A stretch of 64,000 nucleotides of DNA, taken from the human T2T-CHM13v2.0 reference genome, Homo sapiens. Position 1 is the first letter of the stretch. Every line of letters begins with the position of its first letter. Where the stretch lies: assembly GCF_009914755.1 (NCBI RefSeq), contig NC_060938.1; one strand, 5' to 3'. Made by a program: the position numbers and the translations under genes. Shown here one piece after another: positions 25,101 to 39,072 of this stretch. The notes under the pieces are model-generated. The model made no database searches. It was not told the DNA's origin and saw only the letters and a list, made by a program, of their open reading frames with translations.

Positions 25101-26823
25101 TTGGCTTCCTGGGAGTTTCCAGAAACTGAGTTTATAGAAATTGCCCAATTCTGCTAGAATCCTTGTCATTGTTTACAACCGATTTCTGCTGAGGGAAAGG
25201 ACTTGGAGTCAGAGAATTGTAGAGAATCCCCAAAATGAACCTTAAAGATCGCTAAGTCTAACATCTCTTCCCATGTAAGGGCTTCTAAAACATGGTCCAG
25301 ACAGGTCCAGATTCCCTGCAACCTGTCTCATGATGGATGGCCCAATGGTCTTCCTGCCTCTGCTTATGGGAACTGATGAATTCTGGCAGGAAACCCAGGT
25401 AGAGGTTTGCATCTCCTCATCCCAGACCCACTTTGGGGAAGAATAGGACAATGAAGATAAGCCCAGCACACCCTCCCAGCCACTTCCGGGAGAGGAGTGT
25501 GTTGGGGGCTGTGGCAAGGGGGATGCTGCCTTCTCTGGTCACGGCCTCAAGCCCTCACATGTGTACAACCCTTTAGGGTTTGGACAGCCCTTTCTTAGCC
25601 AGTGTTCATCTGGTCTTTGCAGTGACTTCATGAGGCCAAGGAGGCAGGGATCAGTTTTAGACGGGGTTTAAAGCTAGTAAGTAACCCATCCAAGATCGCA
25701 GAGCAAGGCAAAACCAATCTTTGTCCTGTAGCTCTTACCGCCTACCCACATCTCTCCCAAATATGACTGCATAAGGGCTCATGCTATGGGCCAGATTGAC
25801 GCTTCGTAATTGGTATTAGTCATATGTTTATGTTGTATTTTTTAAAAAGTCTTAACTCCTTTAAATCAGAGTGCTCATATAAAAATCTTTAGAAATTTCA
25901 AATTAAGTCCGATTAAGTGATGATAGTGGATCCTAGCTGGATTGACCAATGATTGTCCTTCAAATGGACCAAAAACCTCTCCTGGGCAGGGGGCTTGCAT
26001 TATGATGTCACCAGACTGCACTGTATCATAAAGACCCCCTGGAATCATTGGTCACCCAGGGTCTGGCCCTGTGCTAGCACCCAACTGTGAACAAGACCCA
26101 GAATCCACCTGTGAGGAGGGAGTCCAACTCTCTACAGTGTAGCCTGCCTCTGCTTTTTAGACCTTATCGAAAGGACATCAAGGAGCTTTTGGAGGACTTA
26201 AACAGGGATCAGATTGTCCCTTTAGTTGTGGTGTGGAGAAGTGATCAGAGGAGTGAGGCAGGCTGTCAGGCGGCCCTGCTGGCCTCGGTGATACAGGTGT
26301 CAGGCAGTGGCGGCCTTCGCCGGAGTGGTGGTCATGGAGATGGATTCTCCAGCTGTTCAGGCAGTGGAATTAGCAGTACCTGGCAGCTGGCTGAGGAATT
26401 TGGCAACGCCCTGTCCACACACTTTTGCTTCTAGGACTTCTGTATGTCTGTTACACCCACTATACTGCAAACTCCTCAAGAATGCCTTGCAAGCAGAGCT
26501 GTCTAATTCATCTGTGCATCGCCAGAGCCCAGCACCGTGCTGAGCACATAGTAGGAGCTCAATAAATGTTAGTTGCATACGTGAATAAACAAATATTTAA
26601 ACTTCACCAAGCAGTAACTCCTAATACTCATTGAGTGCCAAGCTCCTCAAGAGAGTCAGGGTCTCATCTGTGCTTGGGAATGCTGGGTGTCAGCCTGTCT
26701 GCTGAGGTTTTGCCTGCTAAACTTTTCTTACCCATTGCTACCTACCTCCAGGAATCCTGTGGGATATAACGCAAAGGCTGGTAGCAGAGAGAGATGCTGA
26801 GACATAGAAAGAATCCAGGCTCA

Positions 26824-27321
<498 letters not shown>

Positions 27322-27819
27322 TCAGTGAGTCTCTTTGGTAAGAGTCAGATCATTTCCATCGTACAGAGTGAACAACATTCAGAAGAAAAACTTGCCCTGA
27401 ACTTGCGAGATTACCTATAAGTAAAAGATTAATATATTCTCTGAGATTTTATTAGTTTTTTTGGCGTGTGTAGGTGTTGGTGGGTGGTTAAAAAAAAATC
27501 CTGCTTCCCTAAGTAGACAGCACCGGATGCCCCAATTTCCACAAATAAAACCCTTCATTTCTTCCAGGTTTGAACAAAGGCTGCTTCCCTAGAGACAGCT
27601 CTGCTAATTTTTTTTTTTTTTGCAGACATTAGAACACTATTTAAAGAGTGTACATCTCCTAGTGAAGCAAATGATAAACTTTCCCACCTACAAAGTGTGA
27701 GATATTGGCAATGTAAAGATGTGAAGAGAGATACGGTACTATGGAGGGAGAGAAAGCCCTGTGTATGAGATATTTGCAACAGCATTGCAGATAGATAGAT
27801 ACATAGATATAATTTTTTA

Positions 27820-28219
<400 letters not shown>

Positions 28220-28279
28220 TTACATGGACAACTCAATTACAACAGATTTGTTGTGCATCTATTACTGTGCAGCTGACAT

Positions 28280-28520
28280 TGACCAAGAACTCACTATTTC
28301 CCAAGGATTGGGCCAAGTGCTTTGTATGTATTATCTAATTTAATCCTCTCAACAACTCTTCCAAGGAGATACGGTTATCATCCTGATTTTATTGATGAGG
28401 AAACAAAGGACAAAAAAGTTCAGTAATGTCCCCAAGGTCACATAAGTCATTAGGTTAGCCAAGAAGTAACTGGAGTCCAGGTGTTTTGCGGAAACCAAGT
28501 CTGATCTTTCTGCTCTGCAG
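28280..28520 (-). mobile_element. MIR
   Basis: tctaatttaatcctctcaacaac...gatgaggaaac...ccaaggtcaca. Confidence 0.75.
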
Positions 28521-28859
28521 CAGCAGCCTTTGAGGAGAATAGTTCAAGTTAGAAATTCACTAAGAAATACTTTCAGGCAATTGTTGGTCTTAGGTAAACA
28601 AGATCACAAGGGGCAAGTTTTCCCTATTAGGCCAGGAGCAAAAAGTCTCTCCATTGCCCTTTGCAGAAAGCTTTCTTCTGTGTGTGTGAAATGCTGGGGA
28701 CATTTCTGCCTCTGACCCCTGAGCATCCCAAACACTGTGGCTGTGCTGGAAAAGTATGTATGTTTCCTGCTGTTCAAATTGATTTCAACATGTAGATTCC
28801 AAAACAAAGCAAAAACAAACAAAAAGCCTTTATCCAAGCCAGCAAAAAGTCCAAATCCA

Positions 28860-29950
28860 TCCTTGGTAGCCAGTGTCATCCAAAGAAGACCCCCACCAAC
28901 TCTTCCCTTCCCACAGGGGCATGCTGCTCCTCACATGAAACAGGAGAATCTCTTTTCTCCTCCCTTGAAAGTGGGCTGTGATGCAAGACAGGTGAGCCCA
29001 AGAATTGGGGCTTAGCTTGGGAGGGTTCTTGGCTTCATCTAGGAAAGAATACAAGGGTGAGCTGGTGGTGTTAATCAGAAACTTTTATTGAAGCAGCAGT
29101 GTACAACAGCAGAAACAAAGGCATTGCTCCTTGCAGAGCAGGGCTACCCCATGGGCAGCATACCCAGAATAGTGGCTCAGAGGCAGTTCTGCAGTTGCGT
29201 TTATACTCACTTTTAATTATATTGCAAATTAAGGGACAGTTTGAGCAGAAATTTCTAGGAAAAGTATGGTAACCTCTGGATTGCTGGGTCATTGCCATGG
29301 AAGGGGGTGGTAACCTTCAGGTGTTGCCACAGCAATGGTAAACTCACATGGCAAACTGGTGGGGTGTCTTATGGGGAAGTGCTTCTGTCCCAGCCTGTTT
29401 CAGCTAGTCCTCAGTTTGTTCCGGTATCTGAGCCCCACCTTCAGAGTTGAGTCCTGCTTCCTACCTCAGCTGGACTTAATGACTTGCTTGGCTAAGAGAA
29501 TGTAGTGGATGCAATATTTGGGGGCCCCTGAGGCTGGGTCATAGGAAGCCTTGCAGCGTCTGTCCTAGCCTCTTAGAACACTTGCTCTGGTCACAGGCTT
29601 CTTCCATTTAATCAATCTGAGAGTGCCATGCTATGAGGAAGCCCAGTCAGTTGCATATGGGGTGACATAGGTCCCACCAGCCCCCAACTGCTTGAGCCAT
29701 CTCAGCCCAGGAGCCAAGCAGGTGAGTGAAAAACCCACCTCGGACAAGAGCTCATCTTCAGCCCAGCTGAGCTTTTGGCCTGGCTGGAGCTACAGCCCCA
29801 GCTATCACCTGTATCACCTGACTGCAACAGCATGAGAGATCCCATACAAGAATTTCCCGGCAGAGCTCAGTCAACCCCCAAAATCCTTGGAGAAAATCCA
29901 TTGCATAGTTTTAAGCTGCTCAGCTCTGTCATGCGGTACTAGCTAACTAG
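28860..29950 (+). mobile_element. MLT1 (G/H-like) LTR split by an ERV1 LTR
   Basis: ctcccttgaaagtgggctg|gacttaatgacttgcttgg continues across the insertion; later gccatgctatgaggaagccca. Confidence 0.65.
28979..29468 (-). mobile_element. ERV1 MER4-group solo LTR (MER66-like)
   Basis: Reverse complement starts tgaggtagga; antisense AATAAA near 29084; exact 4-bp TSD gctg at 28975-28978 and 29469-29472. Confidence 0.78.
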
Positions 29951-30324
29951 AGCACTATCCTCTCCTCTCCATCTCCACAGCATCTTGGTCCCGGCCATGG
30001 TCATCTCTCCCTTAGATGCCCTCCACCACCACCTACCTGTTTCCTTGTCCCCCATGGTGGTCTCCAACCTCACTCTCCAGGGTGATCTTAAAATGTCATT
30101 GGAGCATGTCACTCCCTGGCCTCCCCCTGCACATCTCTTGAAAATCAGCCTCCTTGCCGTGTTCACAGGGCTTGAGAAATTTTGACCCCTCATCTCATTA
30201 GCTCCCCGCTCCTCTTTCAAGCCACCTGTTCCTTTCAGTTCCTCAAAAGAGCTGCTTTATGTGCAAACCTTATGACCCAAGAATTTCACTGGCGGTCTAC
30301 ACTCACCAGAAGTGTACAAATATC

Positions 30325-30629
30325 AGCTGGACGTGGTGGCTTATGCCTGTTAACCCCAGCACTTTGGGAGGCCGAGGTGGGTGGATCATTTGAGGTCAGG
30401 AGTTTGAGACCAGCCTGGCCAACATGGCGAAAACCTGTCTTCTATTAAAAATACAAAAATTAGTTGGGCATCATGATGCAGGCCTGTAATCCCAGGCCTG
30501 AGGCAGGAGGCTGAGGCAGGAGGATCGTTTGAACCTGGGAGGTTGAGGTTGTAGTGAGCCGAGATCACGCCACTGTACTCTAGCCTGGGTGACAGAGCGT
30601 GACTCCGTCTTGAAAAAAGAAAAAAAAAA
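30325..30629 (+). mobile_element. AluS inserted in an L1ME fragment (about 30265-31075)
   Basis: Full dimer; TSD aagtgtacaaatat. Confidence 0.93.
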
Positions 30630-32790
30630 GTGTACAAATATATTCCTTGAAAGATGTGTTCAGGAGTATTCATGGCAGTGTTATTCTCCATAGCCAACAC
30701 AGCCCAAAGATCCATCAGGAGGAGGATGGGTAAATAATGGAATACGATTTATCAAGAGGAAAAGGAGAGAACAACACGGATGAGTCTCACAACTCTAACA
30801 TGGGGTGAAAGCAGCCAGATACAAAATAATGCACAATGCAGAGTCCAGTTGAAAAAACGCTACAAAAATAACACAATCTGTGATGAGAAAAGTCAGGATA
30901 GTGGTTAGCCTGGGAGGGAGGTGGGAAATGGAAGGAGCGTTAAGGAGTGCCTCTGGGGTGCCGGTCATGCTTTGTTTCTCATATGGGTCTGGTCGTACAA
31001 GCGTGTTATTCTCTAGGGGGTAGTTTGCCAATTGTACATTTTCTGGCTGGATGTTCAATAAGGTGTTAAAAAAAAAAAAAGTGCTGTCCTATCTCCTTCC
31101 AAATGACTTTCCTACACACACCTTCGAAATTCCTCCACCGGGAATTTACTGCTTTCTCTTAGTCTTCTTCTGGTTATTCAGATCCAGCTCAGCCCTCCCC
31201 TCCTCGGGGAGCCCTTCCTCTGTTGCATCAGTTAGTCTTGGCTGTGGGGCGATCATACCTACAAGCAAAGCACAGTGACTCAAAGCAGTCTCATTAATTA
31301 GCTCATGATTCTAAGGCTGGCAATTTGGGCAGTTCTTATGCTGCTGGGGAGGATAATGTGGACCAGTTTTGAGAAAGCAAGACACGAAGAAAGAGAATCC
31401 TGGTTCAGTGCCCATCTGGAAAGCTTCATTCATGCTGATCTGATTTAGTGCGTCGTTAAATTGTGTTTTATAAATGCATAAACACAGAATTGATAAGATT
31501 TGTTCTATAATCCCCGCTGAACACACATGTCAGTTACTGGGCTGGGAGCTGGGGACAGATTGATGGATAAGATTAATGCAGGAGGTGGGTATGGGTTCAT
31601 TTGTTCCTTTTTTTATTCCTTTATTTGTTCATTCATTTCACCAGCCAACTTTAATGGAGGACCTAGCAAGTGCCAGGCAGCATTCTGAGCCCTGGAATCC
31701 GGTGATGAACATGACAGACAAGATTCCTGCCCCCAAGGAGCTGCACCTTAATAAGTCCCGCAATGAAGGAGACAGAACATAAACAGAGGAAAATACACAA
31801 GATGCCAGCTTGTGAGAAGTGCTAGCAAAAAAAGACACAAGTATGTCCAGAGAGTCTGAGGTGTATACAGGTATACAGAGTTCAATTCTTCTGGGGCAGA
31901 TGGCAGGAAAACGTTCTAAAAATAAGTACCGTGTTTTTAGTAGAAGCCATGTCAGAGGCTTGATGTGCATTTTTTCTAACTTGTACAACAAACCATGAGG
32001 TAAACAACATTTTCCTACTTTGTAGATGGGGAAACTGATGTTGAGAGAAGTTGAGTCACTTGTCCAAGCTCACACAGCAGGGTGAGGGTGGCCTCACACT
32101 GGTGTGTCCCAAAGGGCATCTGGTGTCCAGTGTTGTTCTCTTGGTAGAGGTGATGAGGCCTAATGAAGCCAAGAAAGATAAGTGGATGTTTTCCTGGTGG
32201 GCAATGGTCAAGGGAAGTGAAGGGAGCCCGGTGAGCAAAGCTGCTGTGTGTGAAACTGCCTGGTGTGGTCCAGGAGCTCAGTGTAGCCTGGGCCAAGCAT
32301 ATGAGCTGGGAGGGAAGGGTGGAGGGCCGGATCCAGAGGGAGAGTGGGTTCTTGGTTATGGAGCCACGGCAGGTGCGAGGCTGGGGAGGGACACTGGTAG
32401 GCTCCCGTTGAAACTCAGCCATCTAGAGCCCATTTTCCCGTAGGCCTCCAGCTCCTCAGCTGCAGGAAGGAGGCTGTATGGAGTTCAGAGCACAGGCTCT
32501 TCAATCGGACGGCACAGCCTGGATACGTGGTGGGCTTAGCAATTTGCTCTTGTGAGATACAATGCGATTTCTCAGCAAATTCTGCATCTCAGCTTTGGCT
32601 TCATCTGTGTCTGAGTCTCCATCTCATGCAGCTAGCTTATCATAGATCAGTACATTCACAGCATTTATTCGATCCTTTACAAAAACAACAGCCCGGGTTC
32701 AAATCCCAGCTCCACCACTTCCTCCCTGTGAGGCCCTGGGGAAGTAACATATCCACTCGGTACCTCTTGTAAAATGGAGGTGGCAGTGAC

Positions 32791-33094
32791 TTTTATTTTT
32801 TATTTATTTATTTTTAGACAGAGTTTCACTCTGTCACTCAGGCTGGAGTGCAGTGGTATGATCTCAGCTCACTGCAACCTCCACCTCCCGAGTTCAAGTG
32901 ATTCTCATGACTCAGCCTCCTGAGTAGCTGGGATCACAGGCATGTGCTACCACACCTGGCTAATTGTTTGTATTTTTAGTGGCAACGGGGTTTCGCCATG
33001 TTGGCTAGGCTGGTCTCGAACTCCTGTCCTTAAGCAATCTTCTTGCCTTGGCCTCCCAAAGTGCTGGGATTGCAGGCATGAGTCACCACGCCCA
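32791..33094 (-). mobile_element. Alu (S/J) inserted in a MIR
   Basis: T-rich head then antisense Alu; TSD gcagtga(c/t)ttt. Confidence 0.93.
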
Positions 33095-34734
33095 GATAGC
33101 AGTGATTTTTCAATGAAGTAATATACACGTGATGTGGAGAACTTTTCTGGCACAGAGTAGGCACGCAGCAGGGACCACGTGCTATCCTTGGGGGCATCTG
33201 ACCAGTCCCTACAGGCCAGTGTCACTCCCAGGCAAGTGCAACTGTTTACTGAAGGCAGCATCGCTAGCGAAGGCAGGACCTGGAGAGGGCAGGATCCCCG
33301 GTGAAGTCAGGTCCTGAGTTTTCCAGTGAACTCAGTGCCTTCCATTCAGTGGGCGGCCGCTGGCCCAGATGGAGCCGGGGGTGGATTCTTGAGCTTGGTT
33401 CACCAAGAGAGGAGGGTACTGCACAATCTCGGGAGCCAACCACATTTTTTTTTTTTTTTTGTACAGCTCATTTCACCAATGAAAAGGCACTGGCAACATC
33501 TCCTATGCAGATTAGCCGCAGCCTCCGGTGCCGATTTAGCAAAGCCATGATTGACCAGATCCGAGGCTCGCTGCCCTGTGGAGCTGCTTCCTAATTATGT
33601 TACTTCAAGCACCCATCCCCAGGGTGCAGGTTAAAGTTAACCAGCACACTAATGTACATCAAGCAGTGTAGGCGGAGGCGCAGTTCTGAAGACAGTCACC
33701 AATACGCGGCAAATACCTATTGTGAGATCCATCACCTGCTGGATGGGCCTGCTCCCTCTACCACTCCCCTCCCACCTGCGCCTGGGTTGGGGAACTGGCC
33801 CCTTGCTAACTAGTCTAATCCCCTTCAGTTGGTCACAAGCCCTGTGGAGGTGGGAAGGAGACAGGACTGGGAAGGCAGTGAGGGAGGGCACGATGTGACT
33901 TCAGGGACAGCAGGAGCCTGAGTCTGGAGTTTGGGCTGCCCTAATTTGCTGTGTGACCTTGAAAGCCCCTTCCCCTTTTAAGAATGGGCTCATCTCTTTT
34001 CTAAAGAAGACATTCCATGGGAGAGGTGGTGCCATGGGAGTGTCACCTGGGAGGCTGCAGGCCTGCCCTAGGGCCCAGTCATTCTGGAGGAAGCCCTTGT
34101 GGGCTAGGAGACGGCAGGCTCCGCCTCTGACCTATTGGTTTCCCTCTGTCTGCCACTGTCCAGAGATCAGAATCCTGGGTCCTCTGGCACGGGCATCCAC
34201 TCTCACCAAGACAGACAGGATGGAGCCTCTTCCTTAGGGCCTTGAGGCTTCACCACAGTCGTTGCAGTCTGGGGACTATTGAACCAGACTGACTCTGGTC
34301 CTGGAGGGTGACCGTGGACATCGACCCTCCCTGAACCTGAGTTCTCATCAATGGGATGGAAAGATCAATATGCCTGTCCTAGATTTCTCAAAGGGCCGGT
34401 GTGGTGCTCAGTTGAGAGGTGCATGTGCAGGACAGCGTGGGCAGCAATAGGTGGGGGTGTGGGGAGCTGCCTGAGCCGGGCAGATGCTCAGGAGGAAGGG
34501 GTAGAGGGGAAGCTGCTGGGAGTGGGGAGAGACACTTGAGATGCACGTGGAAGGAACCCAGGGCTGAGCCAGCAGAGGAAAGAGGGTGGGAGGGTAGCCA
34601 GGTGGGAGGGCAGGAGGAGCCAAGATATGGAGGCTGAAAGCAGCGCAGTGGGCTTGGGGGATGCACAGGGCACCCGCTGCCCAGAGAGGTTCCAGTTAGT
34701 CCTCCGCCTAAGAAGTGCCCCCATTGTTCCAGGA

Positions 34735-34845
34735 CTCCTTCCCTCCTTTTCTCCTGCCCTCATTCCTCCCTTCCTGCCTCTTTTTCCCTCCGCCCTCCCT
34801 TTCTTCTTTTTCTTTTTTTCCTTCTCTTCTTCCTGCTTCCTTCAC
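34735..34845. repeat. Polypyrimidine (CT-rich) low-complexity tract
   Basis: About 110 nt almost entirely C/T. Confidence 0.85.
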
Positions 34846-35079
34846 TAGTAGTTACTGGCACCCACTATGTACCAGCCACTGTGCTGGGCACGGATGGACA
34901 CACATCAGCCCCTGCCCGCATGGTGGAACAGGGATATGGGAGAGAAAGACAACAAACAACTCGGTGTACAAATAGTCAACTACAGTGGGTAAGTGCCCTG
35001 GAGAGAAAGTTCAGGGAGTGGTGAGAATATCTAACAGGGAAACTGTTCTCTGTGTGGGGTGTGGGTGGGGCAGGGTGGT

Positions 35080-35400
35080 AGATTGTTTACAAAGACAAGG
35101 CCTCAGTAACTCTTCCCAGCCAAGGTAGAGTTTGTTTCTTCACCTCTTGATTCTGAGCTTGGCCATGACTTGCTCTGGCCAATGGACATTAGCAAACATG
35201 GCAGAGGCAGAGGCTTAAAAAGTGCTTGGGCATTCAGACTTTTGCCCTCTTTTGTGGCACTTGGAATTCTGAGACACTGATGGGAAGAGCCCAAGCTAGC
35301 CTACTTGAGAGGTCACACGGAGGAGAACCAAGGTGCCCCTAGCAACAGGATACTAACTGGCACACACATGAGGCCATCTTAGATTATCCAGCCCGGCCGA
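35080..35400 (+). mobile_element. MLT1-type LTR fragment
   Basis: cctcttgattctgagcttggccatgacttgctctggccaatgga...agcccaagctagcctac. Confidence 0.7.
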
Positions 35401-38400
35401 TGCAGAGGCATGAGTCCATGTCTTCCTCCCTGACAGCATCAGTGAATCTTAGGGAAAGAACACTGGCAGAAGCTCTGCAGCCGAGAGAGTTGGGCCTCCA
35501 CACAAATATCCAGCTTCTCTTTGTTTTCACAACTTGCAATGTGCATGCACTGAAGTTTGCTTGGTTGCTGAAATCACACACAGTCATGAAATCGCTCATT
35601 AGGGTATATCATGTCAGTGGAATTTGTGGTTAAGGGAGGGATGATCATTTTCCCAGAGGCTTTAGGTGGGCTTTAGTTCCAGAAAAATCTATAACCCCCG
35701 CTTCACCTGACCCACAGCCACAGCCCTGTACAAATGGACAGCTTCTGCTTGCCCTGGGATATCTTTGCTGAGAGGACCCCAGGCCCTGTGGAGTGATGGA
35801 GGTCAGCCACTCAGTAGCAAAGGCTGGCTGTCTCCCACACACCAGTGCCTGATTTGGGGAGGAAGGGAATGCAGACCTTCTGAGAAAGGGCGACCTTTGC
35901 AGCTAGGCCATGTGGCCAGACTTAGGTAACACCTCTCCATTAAAATTGATGTTCCTCCTAATCAGCAGTGATGGGGGGATTGTTTCTTAAATGCTGCTAA
36001 ATGCAGTGCCAGGTCCCAGGGGAGAAGGCAGGGGTCTTGCTAGTTCTCCTCCGTGATGTTCTCCAGCCGGAAAGGGCTTCTGGCAGCCCCTACCTGTGAG
36101 AGGGGCTCATTTCCCAAGGTGGGTTGACAAGCATCTGGAAACTAAGAATTCTCTGCACATTGCCTGTAATTTCCCTTTGATTTTACATGTCCTCCAGCCC
36201 TCAGAACCATTATTATTTTTTTTTAAGAAAAGCAAAGATTAAATCCTCATACCTCTCTGGAAAAGTGGAGGGGACCACATTCCAGCATCTGGTGCCTTGT
36301 TTGCCCCAAACATGACTTCAAGTGAATCGACATAATACTCTTCCAGAGGGAAAGCAGAACCATCTGCAGGGCTGAGGGACCAAGAAACACAGCGAGGAAT
36401 TCCACAGGAGGCCCACGCGGAGGGATGTGACACCCCAGGTGGACTCTAGGGGACGCTCACTTGGAACTTGCATCACCCGGAACTGTGTCTGCCACTGTGA
36501 CTTCAGAGCAGCACAGACCTGAGGTGGATCCAGCAATGCCCACAACTGTCCAACAATTTCACTTTTCCGAGGCTCAGTTTCCATGTGGAAAATGGACTGG
36601 CTCTGAGTATTAAATGAGGATGAATGTCCATATGCCTCACCCCTTTCTTCATGAAAGGAAGACACCTCTGGGACTCAGACAAATGGCCAATAACATCTAG
36701 TCTTTATTCAGTCCTAACTGCATGACAATACAACTAGCGTAACAGTCATCAACATAAGGAATGCTCTCAATATTGCTCGATGCCCTGTGTGCTATCACTA
36801 ATAGCAACAACTGCTGTTCATCTATGCCACGATATGCACCAAATCTACACCACTCCTTTAAGGTGTCACTGTCTCCATTCCACAGATGAGAAAACAGCCT
36901 CCAGAAGAGGAAAGTGTAGATGAGTTAATTTTTCCCTGCCCAACGTTGATTCCCATTCCTTCTGATCATGGTGCCCTGACTTCTTTGGGAGAACTCCCTC
37001 TTCTCTGTGACGGGCTGACTGGTGGGATTATCAGTCAAGGTGCCCACCTCCTCTAGCTCTCCCCATCTCTCTCAGTCTCTGGAGTTTCTGTTTCAAGCAT
37101 AAGGACAGAAGATTAGAAATGGCTGAAGCTGATTTGCCCCAGGAGGAGGGTGGGGTCGTGTCCTGAGGAGACGCTCTTGTGGGACCCTGCTTCTTGGACT
37201 CCTTGGATCCCAGCCCCACCCCACCCCCAGACAGCCTTATTCTGCCTTCAGAATCTGGTCCTTTGCTTTCCTTTAAATTCTGAGACCCTCTTGGGTCTGC
37301 CCTTTCCCATGTAGGTTACAGCCAGATTGGTTTCTGTTGCTTGCATCCCTCAAACTCTGCCTGACACAGGAAGTGACTCCTCCAGGTCATCCAGCCCATG
37401 AGTGGCATAGTCAGAGGAAGCCCTCCGTCACCAGGCTCTCAAGCCAGTGCTCTCTCCATCATGCCACATGGCTGGCCTTGGGGTGGTCCTGCCATAGGGA
37501 GAGCTTTCTGAGATGGGTCGGGGGGCAGATTATCATCAAAGACCTGGTGATGGAAAGACACATGGCATGGCCTCATGGTCATGGAGCCTGCATGGAGGCC
37601 AACATGCTGGAGGAGAGCTTTGAAGGCATCCACGGAAGCAGATGACAGGAGCCTGAAAGCCATGTGTGGCCACACACCTGCTTCTGACATAATTAATGAG
37701 ACATCTATATTGTTCCTGTCAGTGAGCTTCTTTGCTACCCAAGCCCTTAGTTCATCATGTATTTTTTAAAGCAAAAATGGAGGCCTTCCTGAAACAGCCT
37801 ACCTCATTTTGCTTAATAATGCTGCAGTATTGACGTTCTATGAGGGTGAGGTGACACCATCTCAGGATGATGCACTAGACCCCCAGTGATTGATGGCTAT
37901 ACTTTTTTTTACTGACACTTTGAAAAGAAAGGGCCCCTCTCAGATTACTGAGCAAGTGGTTAGCCTTGGACCTTTCACTAATGGCAACCATAATTTCATG
38001 ACTTATTTTACCGTGCCATCTTGTATGATTCTAGTTTGTATGATTTCCTCACTTTTCAGATGTGGAATCTGAGGCTCAGAGAGGCTAAGTAACTTGCTTA
38101 AGTTCACACAGCTCCTAAGCGAAGGAGACAGAGATAAGATCCCTGAGGTTATTGAAGTTATTGAAAGAATAGCTTGCTCCTTTGCCATGCCCTCCCCTCC
38201 TCCCTGGTACCTGCTGGAATTCTCATCTGCACCCTGGGTTGCTCTGGGAGTCACTGGCTGCCCTCTTCCTTGGGACCCACTCTTCTAGGTTGCTGCCAGG
38301 ACAGGGCAGTAAGTGGGCTTCAAACACCAGCAAGGCCCTTCAGCTTGGCTCAGGGTCTTGCCTCCTGCCAAGGTGCCTTGCTTTGTTCTCATGCCCAAAG

Positions 38401-38502
38401 TGAGAGCTAACCTTGGCACACTGTTTACAGCTGTGCCTCTCTGGTCAGGATCGAGGAGTAGAGCGTTGATGCCCATGCCTACCATGGCACAGCTTCAGCT
38501 AA

Positions 38503-39072
38503 CATGAGCCAGAGCCCATGAGCCCAAGGCTCTTGCCCCTTCTGGTCTCTAGAGGTCATGAGCCCACGACTCTTCCCCCTGCTGGTCTGTAGAGCTCATG
38601 AGCCCATGGCTCTTCTCTCCCCTGGACTCTGGAGCTTATAAGCCTATGGTTCTTCTCCCTGCTGGTCTCTGGAGCCCATGAGCTCACAGCCCTCCTCCCT
38701 CCTGGTCTCTGGAGCCCATGAGCCCATGACTCTTCTCCCTGCTGGTCTCTGGATCCTATGAGCCCACGGTCCTCCTCCCTGCTGGTCTCTGCTCTTCGCC
38801 CTGCTGGTCTCTAGAGCTCATGAGCCCATGGCCCTCCTCCCTGCTGGTCTCTGCTCTTCTCCCTTCTGGTCCCAGGAGCTCATGAGCCCATGGCTCTTCT
38901 CCCTGCTGGTCTCTAGAGTTCATGAGCCCACAGCCCTCCTCCCTGCTGGTCTCTGGAGCCCATGAGCCCATGGCTCTTCTCCCTGCTGGTCTGTGCTCTT
39001 CTCCCTTCTGCTGGAGCTCTTCTTCCCTGGACCTCATGAGCCCATGGCTTTTCTCCCTGCTGGGCTCTACAG
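38503..39072. repeat. Degenerate 40-bp minisatellite, 12 units
   Basis: Consensus CATGAGCCCATGGCTCTTCTCCCTGCTGGTCTCTRGAGCY; unit starts 38517, 38557, 38597, 38637, 38677, 38717, 38757, 38819, 38881, 38921, 38961, 39035. Confidence 0.95.

Noticed and set aside
38503-39072. CRISPR-like appearance and repetitive ORFs
   Set aside because: Head-to-tail degenerate units with no unique spacers, no cas genes, human context.
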